From contig MU053994.1 of the NCBI GenBank assembly GCA_013239625.1, forward strand, positions 4,259,434 to 4,323,433: a stretch of DNA of 64,000 nt. Direction: 5' to 3'. Both the position numbers and the translations under genes were made by a program. The DNA is from Lama guanicoe (lineage: Eukaryota). The notes under the pieces were generated by a model. That model did no database searches. It was given only the letters and a program-made list of their open reading frames with translations, and had not been told where the DNA came from. Shown in pieces: positions 26,350-39,078 of this stretch; within the stretch, counting starts at the first letter, position 1; the number at the start of each line of letters is the position of its first letter.

Positions 26350-28152
26350 AAGCATGGAAGATTATAACTTTTCATGCATTTGTTCATTTCCTACTAAGTA
26401 AATATGGCATTAGGGGATTTGTTTGTTTTGAGTTTTGACCAACAAATCAATAAGGGTCCTATTTGGGAATGATCCTGATTGGATGGAGCATGTTGTAGTT
26501 CATTTTGCTGAAGCAAAACTCTCAATCTCCCATACTCTGAGACGGAGGAGTGAAGTCACCCAGCTAGAGAATGAAGGCAGTCTGCCTATAGCAAAGCCGT
26601 ACTGAGATGGAGACAATGAGCAGTTTGGGTGATTTATGCCCTGTGTGGGGATTTTCACACACTTCTAAAGCAAAAAGAAATTTTTTGCTGATCCATAGTG
26701 ATGACAGAAACTCTTTTTCATTGTATTATAATGGCCTATAAATATGTATAGATGTAAACCTAAGAATGAACTCCTTATGCTATTACCCCTTACACAATTA
26801 TAAAATCTAAATTAAAAATTGAATTCATCAAACCACACAACCAATAAAGTTTAGGTAAACAAAATTAATTTTGTATAACAGATAATTTTTTGTTGAAGTC
26901 AAACTAGTGCTGACAATCAATACAATTTATAGAAATATAGTTTGCCACGTGATGGCTGTTTTCTTTGTTTAAACAAGCTTGAGGTCTTTTATTTTATAGT
27001 TTCTTAGGATATCATTTAGTCCTTTCATCATATTAATTCTGCCTCTGTCCTTTTCCACAAGCCCAAAACAATTAAAATAGAACATTGCTCCAAAGCACAC
27101 AGTAGTTTTCTGGATGTCACATCAGATTCTTATATAAATAAGCAGCTTAAGTCAAAACGGAATATTCTCATGGACTAATGCTTTTTTAAAGCAGGAGTCT
27201 AGGGTTTTTTTTCCCCCCCCCCATAATTGTTTAAGGAAATCAATATTTACCCAAAGGTAAGTGTTAGAAAGTTGTCGTTTGTGGCATTAGAAAAGGTGAA
27301 TAAGAGCAAAGAATGTGCTTGCTAGCATATTAGAACTGAAGTGCCATCACTTCACAATCCTTTTGTACAAGGTGGTCCCCTAAGCACAAATGCAAATATG
27401 TGTATTGAAATAAATTAATGGTCAATTATAAGGTGATCAACTACATTATACAGAATATGCTATTCATATTAATTTTAGATATAATTTGAATAGAAACTCA
27501 CACATGAAAAAAAAAAAAAGCCCTTGCAATAAATTCATGGACACACAATGCACTTTCCATGGATAAGAAAGGTGAAGTCTTCCACTGGGGAGACATGCCC
27601 TACAGCTGTGAGTTTTAATTTATTTACCATCTCTTTGTCAATCAAGTAAAAAAGCCATTTGTTCTCATCCTAGAAAAATGTACACATATATGCACAAACA
27701 ACATTTTGAATATAGTTTCAGTAAGTTTATGAATGCCCTGATTCCAATGCAAGGGCTAGTATAATTACATTATTTCATTGAATTCTTCTAACTATCTTGG
27801 TAAGTAATATCCTTTAGAAAAATCTCAGAGTAGCATAATTATTCACCCTTTTGTATGTTGATTGCTTTCTCCCAGAGTCCCTTAGGATACTTTTTTCTTA
27901 ATCTTTGAATATCAATACCTTTACCAGAAACATTTCCTAGGGAACGGTCAATCTAATTTGATCACGGGAATCAAGACTTTTATTTCTAAAACACTTCTAT
28001 TAAATTTTTGAATATCCTTTTTCATCTTATCTGTTCCCCTTTTCTTTAATCTCTATTCCATATCTATCATCTTTTTATAATAATTTTAGATATCACCTCT
28101 TTGTAATTTCATTTTGTGTGATTATTTTGAACCTCGATTTCCATGTCCCTGA

Positions 28153-28335
28153 TGGTGAGACACAGCAAGAAGGCGACCATCTGCAAATCAGGAGGAGATG
28201 TCTCACCAGACATCAAACCTGCTGACACCTTTATCTTGGACGTCAAGCCTCCAGAACTATGAGAAAATAAATTTCTCTTGCTTAAGCCATCCAGTCTGTG
28301 GTATTTTGTTAGGATGGCCCAAACTCACTAATACA
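28153..28335 (+). mobile_element. MLT1A/B MaLR LTR, 3' half
   Basis: gacacagcaagaaggcgaccatctgcaa...gcctccagaactatgagaaaataaatttc...ctaataca. Confidence 0.85.
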
Positions 28336-29311
28336 GACCCATATCATACTAATAAATTTGGCCTGATACAATCCTTTCACCTTGATCCCATAGCTTTAAG
28401 ATTGATTCCCCACACATATTCCCCAGGTGTATGATTACATAAGTTAACAAAAGCATGCAATTCTTTTGATGTGCTTTGCTGGTCCTCATGGGTCACATTT
28501 TGTACCTCACCCTTTGGGGCCTGCCACGACTTGAGTCCAGTTACAGGTCTAGAAGCAAAGCGGAGTGGTGGGGGCAGGTTCTGAAGAGGCTCAACAGTGC
28601 CTTGCAAGGCAACTACCTCAGAGGAGGCCACTGCAGTTTCTTCAGGCAAAGAAGGGGTGGACGGGCTGCTTGCTTCTGTTGGCAAAGGCTCAGCAGAACT
28701 TCAAGGTTAAAGTCCCCAGCTTTACTAAGATCTTCCTATAGGGGCCCATTCCAGTTTTTCAAGATCTCACTCTTTCCCAATCAATGCCCTAACTTGATTA
28801 ATAGAGACACCTCAAGGTTGGGAATTCACCACTGGCAAGGAGATACTCTGGGTCTGGTTTTCAGAAATCTTGGCCCTTTGGCTGGAGAAGGCAAGGATTT
28901 CTTTCAGTCCAGACATAGAGGCTTACAGGTCCTTTATGTGGACGTTAAGCTGGGAATTCAAATCCCTGAGTTCATCCTTTTCCTACTTTCTGCAGCACAG
29001 TTAGGAGCAATCAGCCAATTCCATTACATTCTTTAGTTTGACTAAAATGTTCCAAGGCATCAAATACGTGGTCAACTAGAACCTTGCCTTTCGTAAATGT
29101 TTGATGAGGAGTATCCAGTGGTGATATCTGATGTATCTCTATTGCCACATCATGCCAGTGACTACTAGCACTTTCCTTATCACCAAAAACAGACTCATTA
29201 GTGCCTTTAAACCTAACAAGATCAGAAAATCATTTCTGGAAGACTCAAAGTCAATTCAGAGAACTCATTCTTAAGATTCTGTTTCTCTGGAATTACTCTT
29301 TGTAGCGAAAT
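28336..29311 (-). mobile_element. ERVL internal region (leader and decayed gag)
   Basis: ORF 28377-28685 contains FASRPVTGLKSWQAPKGEVQNVTHE...KEL...GEYVW, typical of ERV-L Gag; the leader starts gatttcgctacaaagagt (ERVL-like gattttggtaccaggagt) directly after the LTR. Confidence 0.85.
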
Positions 29312-29960
29312 CTGTATTGGTTAGTTTAATTGGGGAAGTAGAACAATTAGGATCCATCACTGTCTTTATCTCTATCCATATTCATATCCATATCCATGCC
29401 TATACATATACTTGTGTCTGAGAGAGACTTGTTCAATGGAATTGGCCTTACGTGATTGTGGGAGCTGGTTAAGCAGTCTCTATAAGTCTATTTTCTCCAC
29501 ATATAATGCTAGGGTTTCAAATCCTTAAGGAAGGCAGTCAGGAAGGGAAGAGCAAAAGTAGACTGGAACCAACACGCTTGAGCTGGAACCCCACGGGGAA
29601 GGGCTAAAACCTGTGTCAGTTCTTGCGGCCTCTGGTAACGAGGGTATTCAGCAGAAGTGGGGCTCTTTGTCATAGAGCTAAGCACGTACACCTGGTCTAG
29701 GAGCTGAAGAAGCCAAAAGAGGATCAGAGGAGGGTAGAGTAGAGTACTTGCAAGCCCAGCTGCTGCTTCACACCAACGAGGCGAGTCAGCAGATCAGCAT
29801 TAACGTGCGTGAACTACAAATGGCCATTTGCTTCCCTTCCAGCCTCCAAATCTCCTATGAGTCTCCTCTGTAGCTTACCTTAACTAGAAACAAACAAGAG
29901 GATGAAGTCTGGGAAACAGAGTTCAGCCTAGGCAAGCTGACACATTACAAAGCCATCACA
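29312..29960 (-). mobile_element. MLT2-family LTR (5' LTR of the ERVL remnant)
   Basis: Minus strand starts tgtgatggctttgtaatgtgtcagcttg and ends ccaataca. Confidence 0.8.
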
Positions 29961-30539
29961 AGATAGTTTGTGCGAAGTAGGATTCAAACTAAACCTAAAC
30001 TCAAATGAAATATTAACCAAGTTGGGAGAATTTATAGTTAATAAGACTAGCTACATAATAAATTATAACCTTAAATGGGTCAAAATCATATTAAATACCT
30101 CAGAAACTTCAGAACTCCACAAATTAAAAGTGTGTCATCAAGGAACACAAATTGTTTTCCTTCATTAATGAGGTTGAAAAGGGATTTGTCTGGCACGAAT
30201 TTATGACCCCTTGGATATTCAAAATGATCACAGCCAAAGCAAAATGTTTAACAGAAAAATAAATTTAACATTAACAAGCACATTTGATAATTGTCCCAGG
30301 AAAGATTTTAGGTAATTAGATGGAAGGATTTTTTAAGTAATCTATGGTAGTCAGCATTTTAAATGTGCCATGGAGACATTTATCTTGGAGATTCAGCAGA
30401 GCAGCCTCAACTCTCATGTCAGAACAAAAGCCTTCAGCTTCTGACTGTAGAAAATGCTGAGCATTTACTCCATTTGTGGTAAGAATATCTCAAGTTTTTC
30501 TCTAAGGTTTCCCAGAACCTTCCTGAGGCCTCATGCAGT

Positions 30540-31335
30540 TCATACAGTCACACAACAAAAATGTTCTGAGCCACTGTTAATGTGTCAGGCACGTTTCTAG
30601 GTTCTCTGCATAGCAGAGCATGAAACAGACATAGAATCTGTCCTCAAGCAGCAAGATATCCAGTGAGAAAATGTAGACAATGAATCAATAAACGAATATA
30701 TATATATCGTGTTTTGATAAGTGCTATGAGGAAAAATATGGCAGGGTAAAGAGATGGAGGATTATAATGTGGGATGCTAGTGCCTTTTTGGATCAGGTGT
30801 TCAGGGAAAGTCCAATAAAAGGTGACCTATAAGCAGAGAGATGAGTCAAGTGAGGAAGTGAGTGAGTGAAGATTTCTAAAGGAGGATCATTCTCGAGAGA
30901 CGGAATCATAAATGCAAAAGCCCAGAAAACAGGAGTGTTGGCACATTAGAGGGCCAGCAAGGAGGCCGGAGTGTCCGGAGCAGAATGAGCCAGGGAAAGA
31001 GTTGGGAGATGAAGTCAGGGGCGATCCAGAGGCCAGCCTCAGAGACCATGGTTAGGATTTCCTTCTGACAGACAAAAGAAGCTATCAAAGTTTGAAGCAG
31101 AGTGTGATGATCTGCTTTTTGTTTTAAAAGAACTGTTCTGTCTGCTCTGTGGAGGACAGTATTGAAAAGGAGACCAATGCGGAGGCTTTTGCAGGCTTTT
31201 TCCAAGAGAAAAAAGGTAGTAGTTACGGAAATGAGGAGAAATGGTTGGATTTGGGGTCTATTTTAAAACAGAGATTATCAGATTTGCTCATAGACGCTCT
31301 CTGGGCTGAGAAAGAAAGACGGGAGTCAGGTCAAT
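30540..31335 (-). mobile_element. L2 LINE
   Basis: aatgtgtcaggcacgtttctaggttc...gagaaatggttggatttggggtctatttt. Confidence 0.8.
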
Positions 31336-31453
31336 GCAATTACTAAGAACTTCATGTTTCATTTTCTCTCTCTCTCTTTCTCCCTCTCTCTCTCTTCAAT
31401 AGAGCCATGTTTTACCTCCCTCCAAGCATTCAGCACCCTAACACTAGTTTTTA

Positions 31454-31673
31454 TATTAAAATATTTTTTCTTTTTTAAAAATTTTACATTAATTTTAACT
31501 GGAAAAATTTTGAAGTCTATTTTAGCCTGACACCCAAATACTTTTCACAGATAGAAAAATACATCAATTGAGTGATAAGAACAAGTTTATGTAAGTAATA
31601 ATTTGAAATTACACAACAGTTACATAAACTGTAACGGCATTAATGCTTCTTTTTTCATTTTTTTTTCTTTCTG
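31454..31673 (-). other. TSD-flanked 220-bp retroposed insert of unrecognised sequence
   Basis: Perfect 16-bp direct repeats ctaacactagttttta at 31438-31453 and 31674-31689, with T-rich tracts at both insert ends. Confidence 0.7.
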
Positions 31674-32749
31674 CTAACACTAGTTTTTAACTGCCTAAAG
31701 TACTGACCATGCCCCCAGCCCTACAAATGCAGCATCCAATCCAACTCTTATCATTTTCACTCTTCTATTGTTCCTATGAAAACCCTCTGACCCCCAACCC
31801 CTTTCCTGCCTGTTCTACCATCCCATTCAAATCCTGAGACTAACTTTTTCATTTACATGTTAAACAGAAAGTATCTGATGTCATTACTTTATATTCAGGT
31901 AGAAATGACTAATAGCCTAAATTAAAATAGTTTTCTTCTCAAGGAGGTTATTTTAAAGAACTTTAAAATCACTCCGATGAGTCTTTTTCTTGTGGTGAAT
32001 GGTTCTGTGAGCACCTGCAAATTACACTTATGATGGTTGCCCCCCACCCACGTAGGTCTTATGCTGTCTTGCTCAGAGTTCAGGCTTTATAAAAAAGGAA
32101 GTTACCAGGAGACGAATCATTATCTTTGAAGGGCAACTCCATCACAGCTTGCTTGTCATTGTTAATAAATAAAGAAAAGAAGTGAAAATGTGAACTAAGA
32201 AGCTCAAAGGAAATGCAGATACTGGAGCTAGCGATTTTGAAGTCCCCTCACAGCAGCCTGACTCAGTATACAGATGCCCAGGGAAAGGCACAGCATTTAA
32301 CCTGCTATGTCATCTGAGCTGGGGTGATACTGCAGTCTCCCTTCATTTTGTCACCTTGAATTATCCATTGACATGGCTGGTCTTAATTTCTATTATTCTC
32401 TTTTTGGAGAGCAAGTTTCTTGGTGGGGGTGGAGTCGGGAAGAATCTGAATATTTTTATTTCAAATCTGGTTTAGCTATGTATATATGTACATATAGTTA
32501 TTAAAGCAAAAATCATAATAAAACTAAAAATACCTTCTTACTCGTTATTTCTTCATTTGGGAAAATATGAACAGATACAATCTTCTAGGTTTTGTAACTG
32601 GATTCAGGTATTCATTGAGTAACTAGACATAAAGGAGCTTACAGACAGTTTCATCCACTTTAATTCTGTCATAGCAATAAAAGCACGTATTGTTAAGACC
32701 ACATGTCATCTCAAATGGAGGATGGTGCCCAGAAAATAAGCTGCTGTCC

Positions 32750-33283
32750 TATGTCAGATTGCTGCTTGCCAATAAAATATCCACTCTGTCTTTTCTCTCT
32801 TAGTTAAAAATCCCCAAATGTATTTGGGGAGATAATAAGGCTAGGCAGAAAATTATATTTCCTAGCCTACTATGCTTCTAGGTTTGCCTAGGTGACTAAA
32901 ACCTTCCCGATGAGATATGGATGGAATCGTTGGGAGGGGGTTTTGGAAAAGCTCCTACAAAGGGAAATAGACAGCTTGTGAATCTTCCTTTTGCATTTTC
33001 CACTTTGTGCTTTTTAACCTTGAGTTTGATGGAATTACTAGCGCTCTGGCAGCCATCTTTGATCATGAGGCAACCTTGAAGATAGAAGCTACTTGCTAAG
33101 GATATTATAGTGAAGGAGAGGAGAACACCACATCCCTGACAATTATGGATCCTCCATGCCAGTGCTGTACTGAATATTTTTAGACTTCTTTTATGAAAGA
33201 GAAAGATAAACTTGTAGATCTTTTAAGTCACTATTACTGAATGTCACGGTTATGAGCAGCCACATGTAATTCCTAAATGATAC
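32750..33283 (+). mobile_element. MaLR LTR (MLT1J/K-like)
   Basis: ggcagccatctttgatcatgaggcaaccttgaagatagaagc...tttaagtcacta...tcctaaatgataca. Confidence 0.7.
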
Positions 33284-33364
33284 AATGGTTTACAGCATAT
33301 CGTCTTGTCTTTGGAAGCCAAGAAGATTTTGGCAAACCATAATAAACTAAAATGTATATTTTTT

Positions 33365-35247
33365 AGCTTCCTTCCCCAGCTACTCCTGCCATTGTCCAAT
33401 GAACTCATGAACAAAGTGGCCATTGTGGCAGGGATGGAGGTTCCGCATAGGCTCAGCAACATGGACTTCCACTCACCCAGGCTGACCTGGCTACAGCCAT
33501 GCTGAGTGCCCAATCTGTCAGCATCAGAAACTACTGAGTCTCAAGTATGCACCATTCCCCCAGGGTGATCAGCCAGCTATCTGGTGGCAGGTTGATTACA
33601 TTGGACTGCTTTCATCACGGAGGGACAGGGTTTTATTCTTACTGAAATAGACACTTACCTTGGGTGTAGATTTTCCTTCTCTGCATGAAATGCTTCTAGC
33701 AAAGGTATCAGCCATAGGCTTCCAGGATGCCTTATCCACCGTCATGGTTTTGTATGCAGCCTTGCTTTTGATCAAGAAACTCACTTCATGGCCAATAAAG
33801 TATGGCAATGGGCCCATGCCATGGTATTCACTGGTCTAACCATGTTCTTCACCGTCCTGAAGCAACTGGCTTGATAGAATGGTGGAATGGCCCTTTGAAG
33901 ACTCAGTTACAGCACCAGCTCAGTGTTAATTCAGTCAGCCCTCCATATTCATTGGCTCAAATCTGTGGATTCAACCAACTATGGATAAAAAAAAAAATTT
34001 TTAATTCTAGAAGTTCCAAAAAGCAAAACTTGAATTTTCCATGCCAGCAACTATTTACATAGCATTTATATTATATTTACAACTATTTACACAGCATTTA
34101 CATTGTATTAATTACTATAAGTAGTCTAGAGATGATTTAAAGTATACAGGAGAGTATGCAGAGGTTATGTGCCAATGCAACACCATTTTATATAAAGGAC
34201 TTTAGCATCTATGGATTTTGATATCCATGGGGGTCACAGAACCAAGCCTCTGCAGATACCAAGGGACAACTGTACCTTGCAGGACTGAACAAAGTCCTCC
34301 AGGAGGCTGTCTATGCTCTAAATCAGCCCAGGAAGGGAAATGGGAGTGGCTCCTCTCACATTACCTCTAGTGATACACTAGCAAAATTTCTGCTTTCCAC
34401 TCTTGTGGCTTAAGGCTCTGCTGATCTAGAGACCTTGGTTCCAAAGAGAGGAATGCTTTCACTAGGGAACCAACCCAGCAATGATTCCTTGGAACTGGAA
34501 GTTGAAACTGCTGCCTTGTCCCTCTGGATACCTCCTGCCACAGAATAAGCAGGCAAAGGTGGGGGGTTACTCTGGCTAGGGTGATTGGTCCTGATCACCA
34601 AAGGGAAATTGCTGATCAGGATGAATACCATACAATGGGGGCAAGGACAAGAATGTCTAGAATATAGCAGATCCTTTAAAGTACCTCTTGGTACTTCCAC
34701 ATTCTGTGATTCAAGTTAGTGAAGAAAACTATAGCAGCTTAATTCAGACAGGGTCCCTAATAGCCCAGATCCTTCAGGAATGAAGTTTGGGGTCACTCCA
34801 CCAGTTAAAGAACCAAAAGAAATGAGGAGTTTGCTAAGGATAAAGGGAATAGTTGTAAATATCCCCTACGGCCACATGACCATTGCAGAAATGAGGACTG
34901 TAATATTTATGAGTATTTTTTCTTTATTTTGATATTTTTATTTAATAATTTAATTTTGCATGTAATTTAACAATTTAATTTCTTTCCTTCTGTCATCCCA
35001 TTATCATCTAACATACGACTTGTTAACAGTTGTTAACTTCATATCATATTTAAGTTATCTGACACAAAACAGGAAGTATTAATCGACAAGGAGAAAAATG
35101 AACATCAACCAAAGACACTAAAGAAACTTTCTAGCCTCTCCTGAGAAAAGAATAGCATGTTTCCAGTTTTATGTAGGATCGTCTTTATTTGGACATTATG
35201 TATGGTTCAAGAAGATGTACTTGAGTACAAAGGCAACAAGAATGGAC
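33365..35247 (+). mobile_element. ERVL pol remnant (integrase and downstream region)
   Basis: Decayed integrase: catgaacaaagtggccat (HEQSGH), tggtggcaggttgattacattgga (WWQVDYIG); ORF 33802 HRPEATGLIEWWNGPLKTQL. Confidence 0.9.
33932..34272. mobile_element. MER2-like TcMar-Tigger MITE nested in ERVL pol
   Basis: Ends cagtcagccctccata...gataccaagggacaactg|ta; internal gagatgatttaaagtatacaggag. Confidence 0.85.
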
Positions 35248-35340
35248 TGTGGTAGCTTTGTAGTGTGTCAATTAGGCTAGGTTCAACTACATCTCCCAGA
35301 ATCCATTCTCCTGTTTCTGCTCAGGTTGCACCACAAGTAT
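35248..35340 (+). mobile_element. Start of MLT2-family 3' LTR
   Basis: tgtggtagctttgtagtgtgtcaattaggctagg directly after the ERVL internal region; resembles the LTR start at 29960 (-). Confidence 0.7.
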
Positions 35341-35395
35341 ATTCCACATCAATTGTATCGATCGTTCACTGTTGTTACTCAGTCCTTAATGTACC

Positions 35396-35907
35396 TATGG
35401 CTGGCAGAAAAATGGAGACCCAAGGATGTATATATTCTAATCCCTGGAATCTGTAATATGTTATATTACATGACAAAGGGGAATAAAGGTTGCAGACAGA
35501 ATTAAGTTCCTAATCATGTGACCTGAAAATAGGCAGATTATCCTGAATTATCAGGGTGGGTTTGATGTGATCACAAGGGCCTTTAAAAGTGAAAGTGGGA
35601 GGCAGAAGAGGAGTCAATGTCAGAGTGATTTGATATGAGAAAGACTTGACTAGACATTACTGGCTATGAAGGTATAGGGGGCCATGGGTTCAAGGAGTGT
35701 GGGTGACCTCTAGAAACTGGGAAAGGCCAGAATATGGATTATTCTCTAGAGCCTCCAGGAGGGAACCCAGCCCTGCCAGCACCTTGATTTTAGCCCAAAG
35801 TGACCCATGTTGGATTTCTGACCACCAGACCCATGAGAAAATAAACTGTTGTTTCAAGCCTCTAAATTTGTGGAATTTTGTTACAGCAGCAATAGGAACC
35901 TTGTACA
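35396..35907 (+). mobile_element. MLT1D-like MaLR LTR
   Basis: tctaatccctggaatctgtaatatgtt...gccctgccagcaccttgattttagccc...ttacagcagcaataggaac. Confidence 0.85.
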
Positions 35908-36242
35908 GTACATTTTTGTTGCTCTTCCTCCATTCAGTGCCTACATCACTCACTTCCTCACTGTTCTTCTTAGATCATTTCTGAGATAAACTAATTGCAC
36001 CCAAATCCTTGTCTCAGGTTTGCTTTCAGGAAATCTAAACCGAGACACTCTCCCTCCTCAACAAATTCTAAAATGACCAAGAATATGTAAAAATAGAATG
36101 TAATCTGTATGATTGGGAAATGGGGATAGATATTATTGGTAACAGGCAAAAACCATATTGTGAAAATTGGTTTATATTGAGGGAAGTAATAAATACCATA
36201 TATTTCAACAAGATTGACTGGCAAGTAAAGGGCGTAAGCAAT

Positions 36243-36272
36243 TACTCTTACTCTTACTCTTACTCTTACTCT
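36243..36272. repeat. (TACTCT)n hexanucleotide microsatellite
   Basis: Five tandem units read directly. Confidence 0.9.
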
Positions 36273-36598
36273 ACAGAACCAGGAAAATCCCCACCTCTGA
36301 GAAGAAGAGGCTATAAAAAAGGGCTTTCAGGATAAAGTAGGTGTGATGAAAGTAAAATGCACAAGGAATCATACCAAAATCCCTCAGAAAGTTCAGCTAA
36401 ATATAGCATTTGTTCTTAACTTTCTCTTGGTGCAAACAAAAGGAAGTAAAAATGTTATTATATGTATTCGTATACAGGTGACTCTCTCAGAAGGAGAAGA
36501 TTGGGCTCCCACAACCTACCGACAAAAATTAAAACAAAATAATTCAAAGAAGAAACAGTTCCTTTTATATTAAGTTGACTTCTTACTAATGATATTAG

Positions 36599-37034
36599 GT
36601 ATTAGGGTTCTCCAGAGAAACAGAAGCATTGGGTGTGTGGGGGGTGTGGGTGTGTATGCACACATATATAAAGAGAGAGAAAGAGAGAGAGAGGTATTTT
36701 AAAGAATTGAGTCACATGATTGTGGAGACCCATTAAATCGTAAATATGCAAGGTAGACCAGGAGACTCAGGGCAGAGTTGCAGTGGTATCCAAAGTCCAT
36801 CTCTTGGCAGAAATTCCTCTTGCTTATGAGGAGTCAGTCTTTGTTATATTCAAGCTTTTAATCTATTGCATGGGACCCGCCCACATTATGGAAGGCAGTC
36901 TGCTTTACTCAAAGTCCATCAATTTAAATGTTAATTTCATTCAAAAATGCCTTTAAAGAAAATCTAGAATAATGTCTGACCAAACATCTGGACACCATGG
37001 CCCAGCCAAACTGACACATAAAATTAACCATCAC
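36599..37034 (-). mobile_element. MLT2B-like ERVL solo LTR
   Basis: gtattagggttctccagagaaacaga...ccagccaaactgacacataaaattaaccatcac. Confidence 0.9.
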
Positions 37035-37769
37035 TTTAGTTCCCAGGTTCCTTCCTACAAAGGAAGTTCCTCCTGGGAAAATGGAGTTCTGTACCGACAC
37101 AAGAACACCATGTTCCCAGTGTGAATGAGCTGGGCTGCGGAGGAGGTTACTTGAAACCAATCTAATACTACAGAGGCTGTTCAAGCAGTATCCATCAGGA
37201 CTCACACATGCAGCCACTGAAAAGAAACTATTTGGGAAATCAATTAATTCTCCTGTCATGAGGCTTTTCTCTCCATAGCTCACTTCCCCACTCCACGTAG
37301 ACAATTTAATTCAACCTGTAACAAAATACAGCTACAGCAAATAGAAGCACTTTCACGTTCCCACTTTCTGGGACTAGAATATTTGGATTCTGATGCAGAA
37401 TCCATCTCAAATCTCAGTACTCAAAGAACTGGGAGTTCCCCTGGTAAAGCTGAGGCTGTAAAGAAAAATCACTAGACTTTCGAAAATTACTCTGAGCAAA
37501 ATAAAAGGACCACCTGGGGATTCAGAATAAGTGTATCCCTGTGAAACTGTTTTATACTAAGAAAAGTTAAGTTAAAAAAACGTCTAATTTGCATCCTCAC
37601 TAAGAATTGTTGAAATTCTGTACTCATTGAAAGAACACAGTATAACATTAGGAAAGATTGTAGTCAGATAAAAACTAGGATTAATAAATTTAAACATGTA
37701 ATGGAGGCAATAAAGAGCAGACTTAAAAAAAAAATGGTTCTCAGAACAATTAAGAAAAGGATGAAGAGA

Positions 37770-39078
37770 GGATAAGCCAAGATGGCGGAGTAGAAGGACG
37801 CTTCTAGCTCACCCTCCCTGACAAACACACCAAAACTCACATCCACATACCCACCCAGCCAACCAGAGCACCTGCTGAACTCCAACAGAACATCACCCTC
37901 TTCAAAAGACAAAGATGCCACGAATCTGGTAGGAGAAAAGGAAAAAGGAAAGAAGAAAAAGCAAAACAGTGTGGGACTGGTCCCGCGGGGAGGGAGTGGC
38001 AAAGGAGAAATAGTGCTCGTTTGCTGGGTCTCCCCCCTCCAACAGGGAGGTCTGCAGGACAGAGGGGGAGCCTCTAAGGCTCGGATATGTACGGAGCACC
38101 ACTTGACTAACAGAACTAAGTTAAATGGGTACAGAGGGTCTCTGCAACCCCCAGCTCTAGAGGCAAAGAGGCAGATGGGGGATGGGACAGTCTGCCTGAG
38201 CCAGGCAGAGGATGGTGGCAGCTGTGCTGAGGCAACCCCAGGTGACTGCAGGGTGCTGCGCACCGAGGATGAGTGGGTACACAGGGCAAAAGAACCTGGG
38301 CCCTCCATAAAACAACATGGCTGATGTGCCCTGGGGGGAAGGGTGCCATCGACTCCATCTTCGAAAACCTGCTTCGGGAGAAGAGAGGCGGGCTCAGCCA
38401 CAGCCACCATATCCTCTGGTGCTTAGCACCCAGGCGGGGGGTGGGGGTGTAAATCTGAATCCAAACCTAGGGGCTTAGTAGACTCATACACAACGGAGAC
38501 TTGTTTACAGCCTGAGGCAGATAGGATCATTCTGCCTTGGTACCTCTTAGAAGTTGTGCCTCCAAGACAAATAAACAAGGAGCTGAGTTCTGGCAGGGAG
38601 CAGGGGCGGGGCTATTCCACGGTCTTCCCCGAGCCCACCTACAGAGCGCAGACCCGAGGCTGAGCGGGCAGCTGTACAGAGCAGGGGAGCAACTGGCGCT
38701 AGGAGAAGGCGGGTGGCCACCTGCCTTCCTGTCAGGAGCACAGCAGCTAACCGCGGTGCTGGGAGGGGGCGCAACCTGCCCATCTACCTTGCTGGAGAAC
38801 AGCATCTGACCGCTGCATCGGGAGGGGGAGTGACCCGCCCGCCTACATTGCACAGGCGCAGAATCTGACCACGGGCCGTTGGTAGGGGGCATGACCCACC
38901 CACCCACCATGTAAGAGCGCAGCACCTGACGGAAGTGCTGGGAGGGGGGTCACGATCTGCTTCCATTTTTCATTTTTCTTTTTTTCTCGGTTCCTATGCT
39001 TTAGATAGATAAATAAATAAACTCTTTAAGGACCACAATAAATAACTGATACTCCATAAGCCACAGTGCCAGAGAGAC
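37770..39078 (+). promoter_or_regulatory. L1 5'UTR internal promoter with YY1-type motif
   Basis: aagatggcg at 37779-37787, at the position typical of L1 5' ends; GC/CpG-rich. Confidence 0.75.

Noticed and set aside
28377..28685. Domesticated Fv1-like ERVL gag gene
   Set aside because: Only a ~100-codon fragment; surrounding gag is broken and truncated. The same holds for 55156-55356.
28476..29036. 186-aa + strand ORF
   Set aside because: Antisense to decayed ERVL gag, non-ATG start, no recognisable protein.
34048..34110. Tandem caactatttaca(t/c)agcattta duplication
   Set aside because: Lies inside the MER2-like element and, as I recall, occurs in the family itself, so probably not locus-specific.
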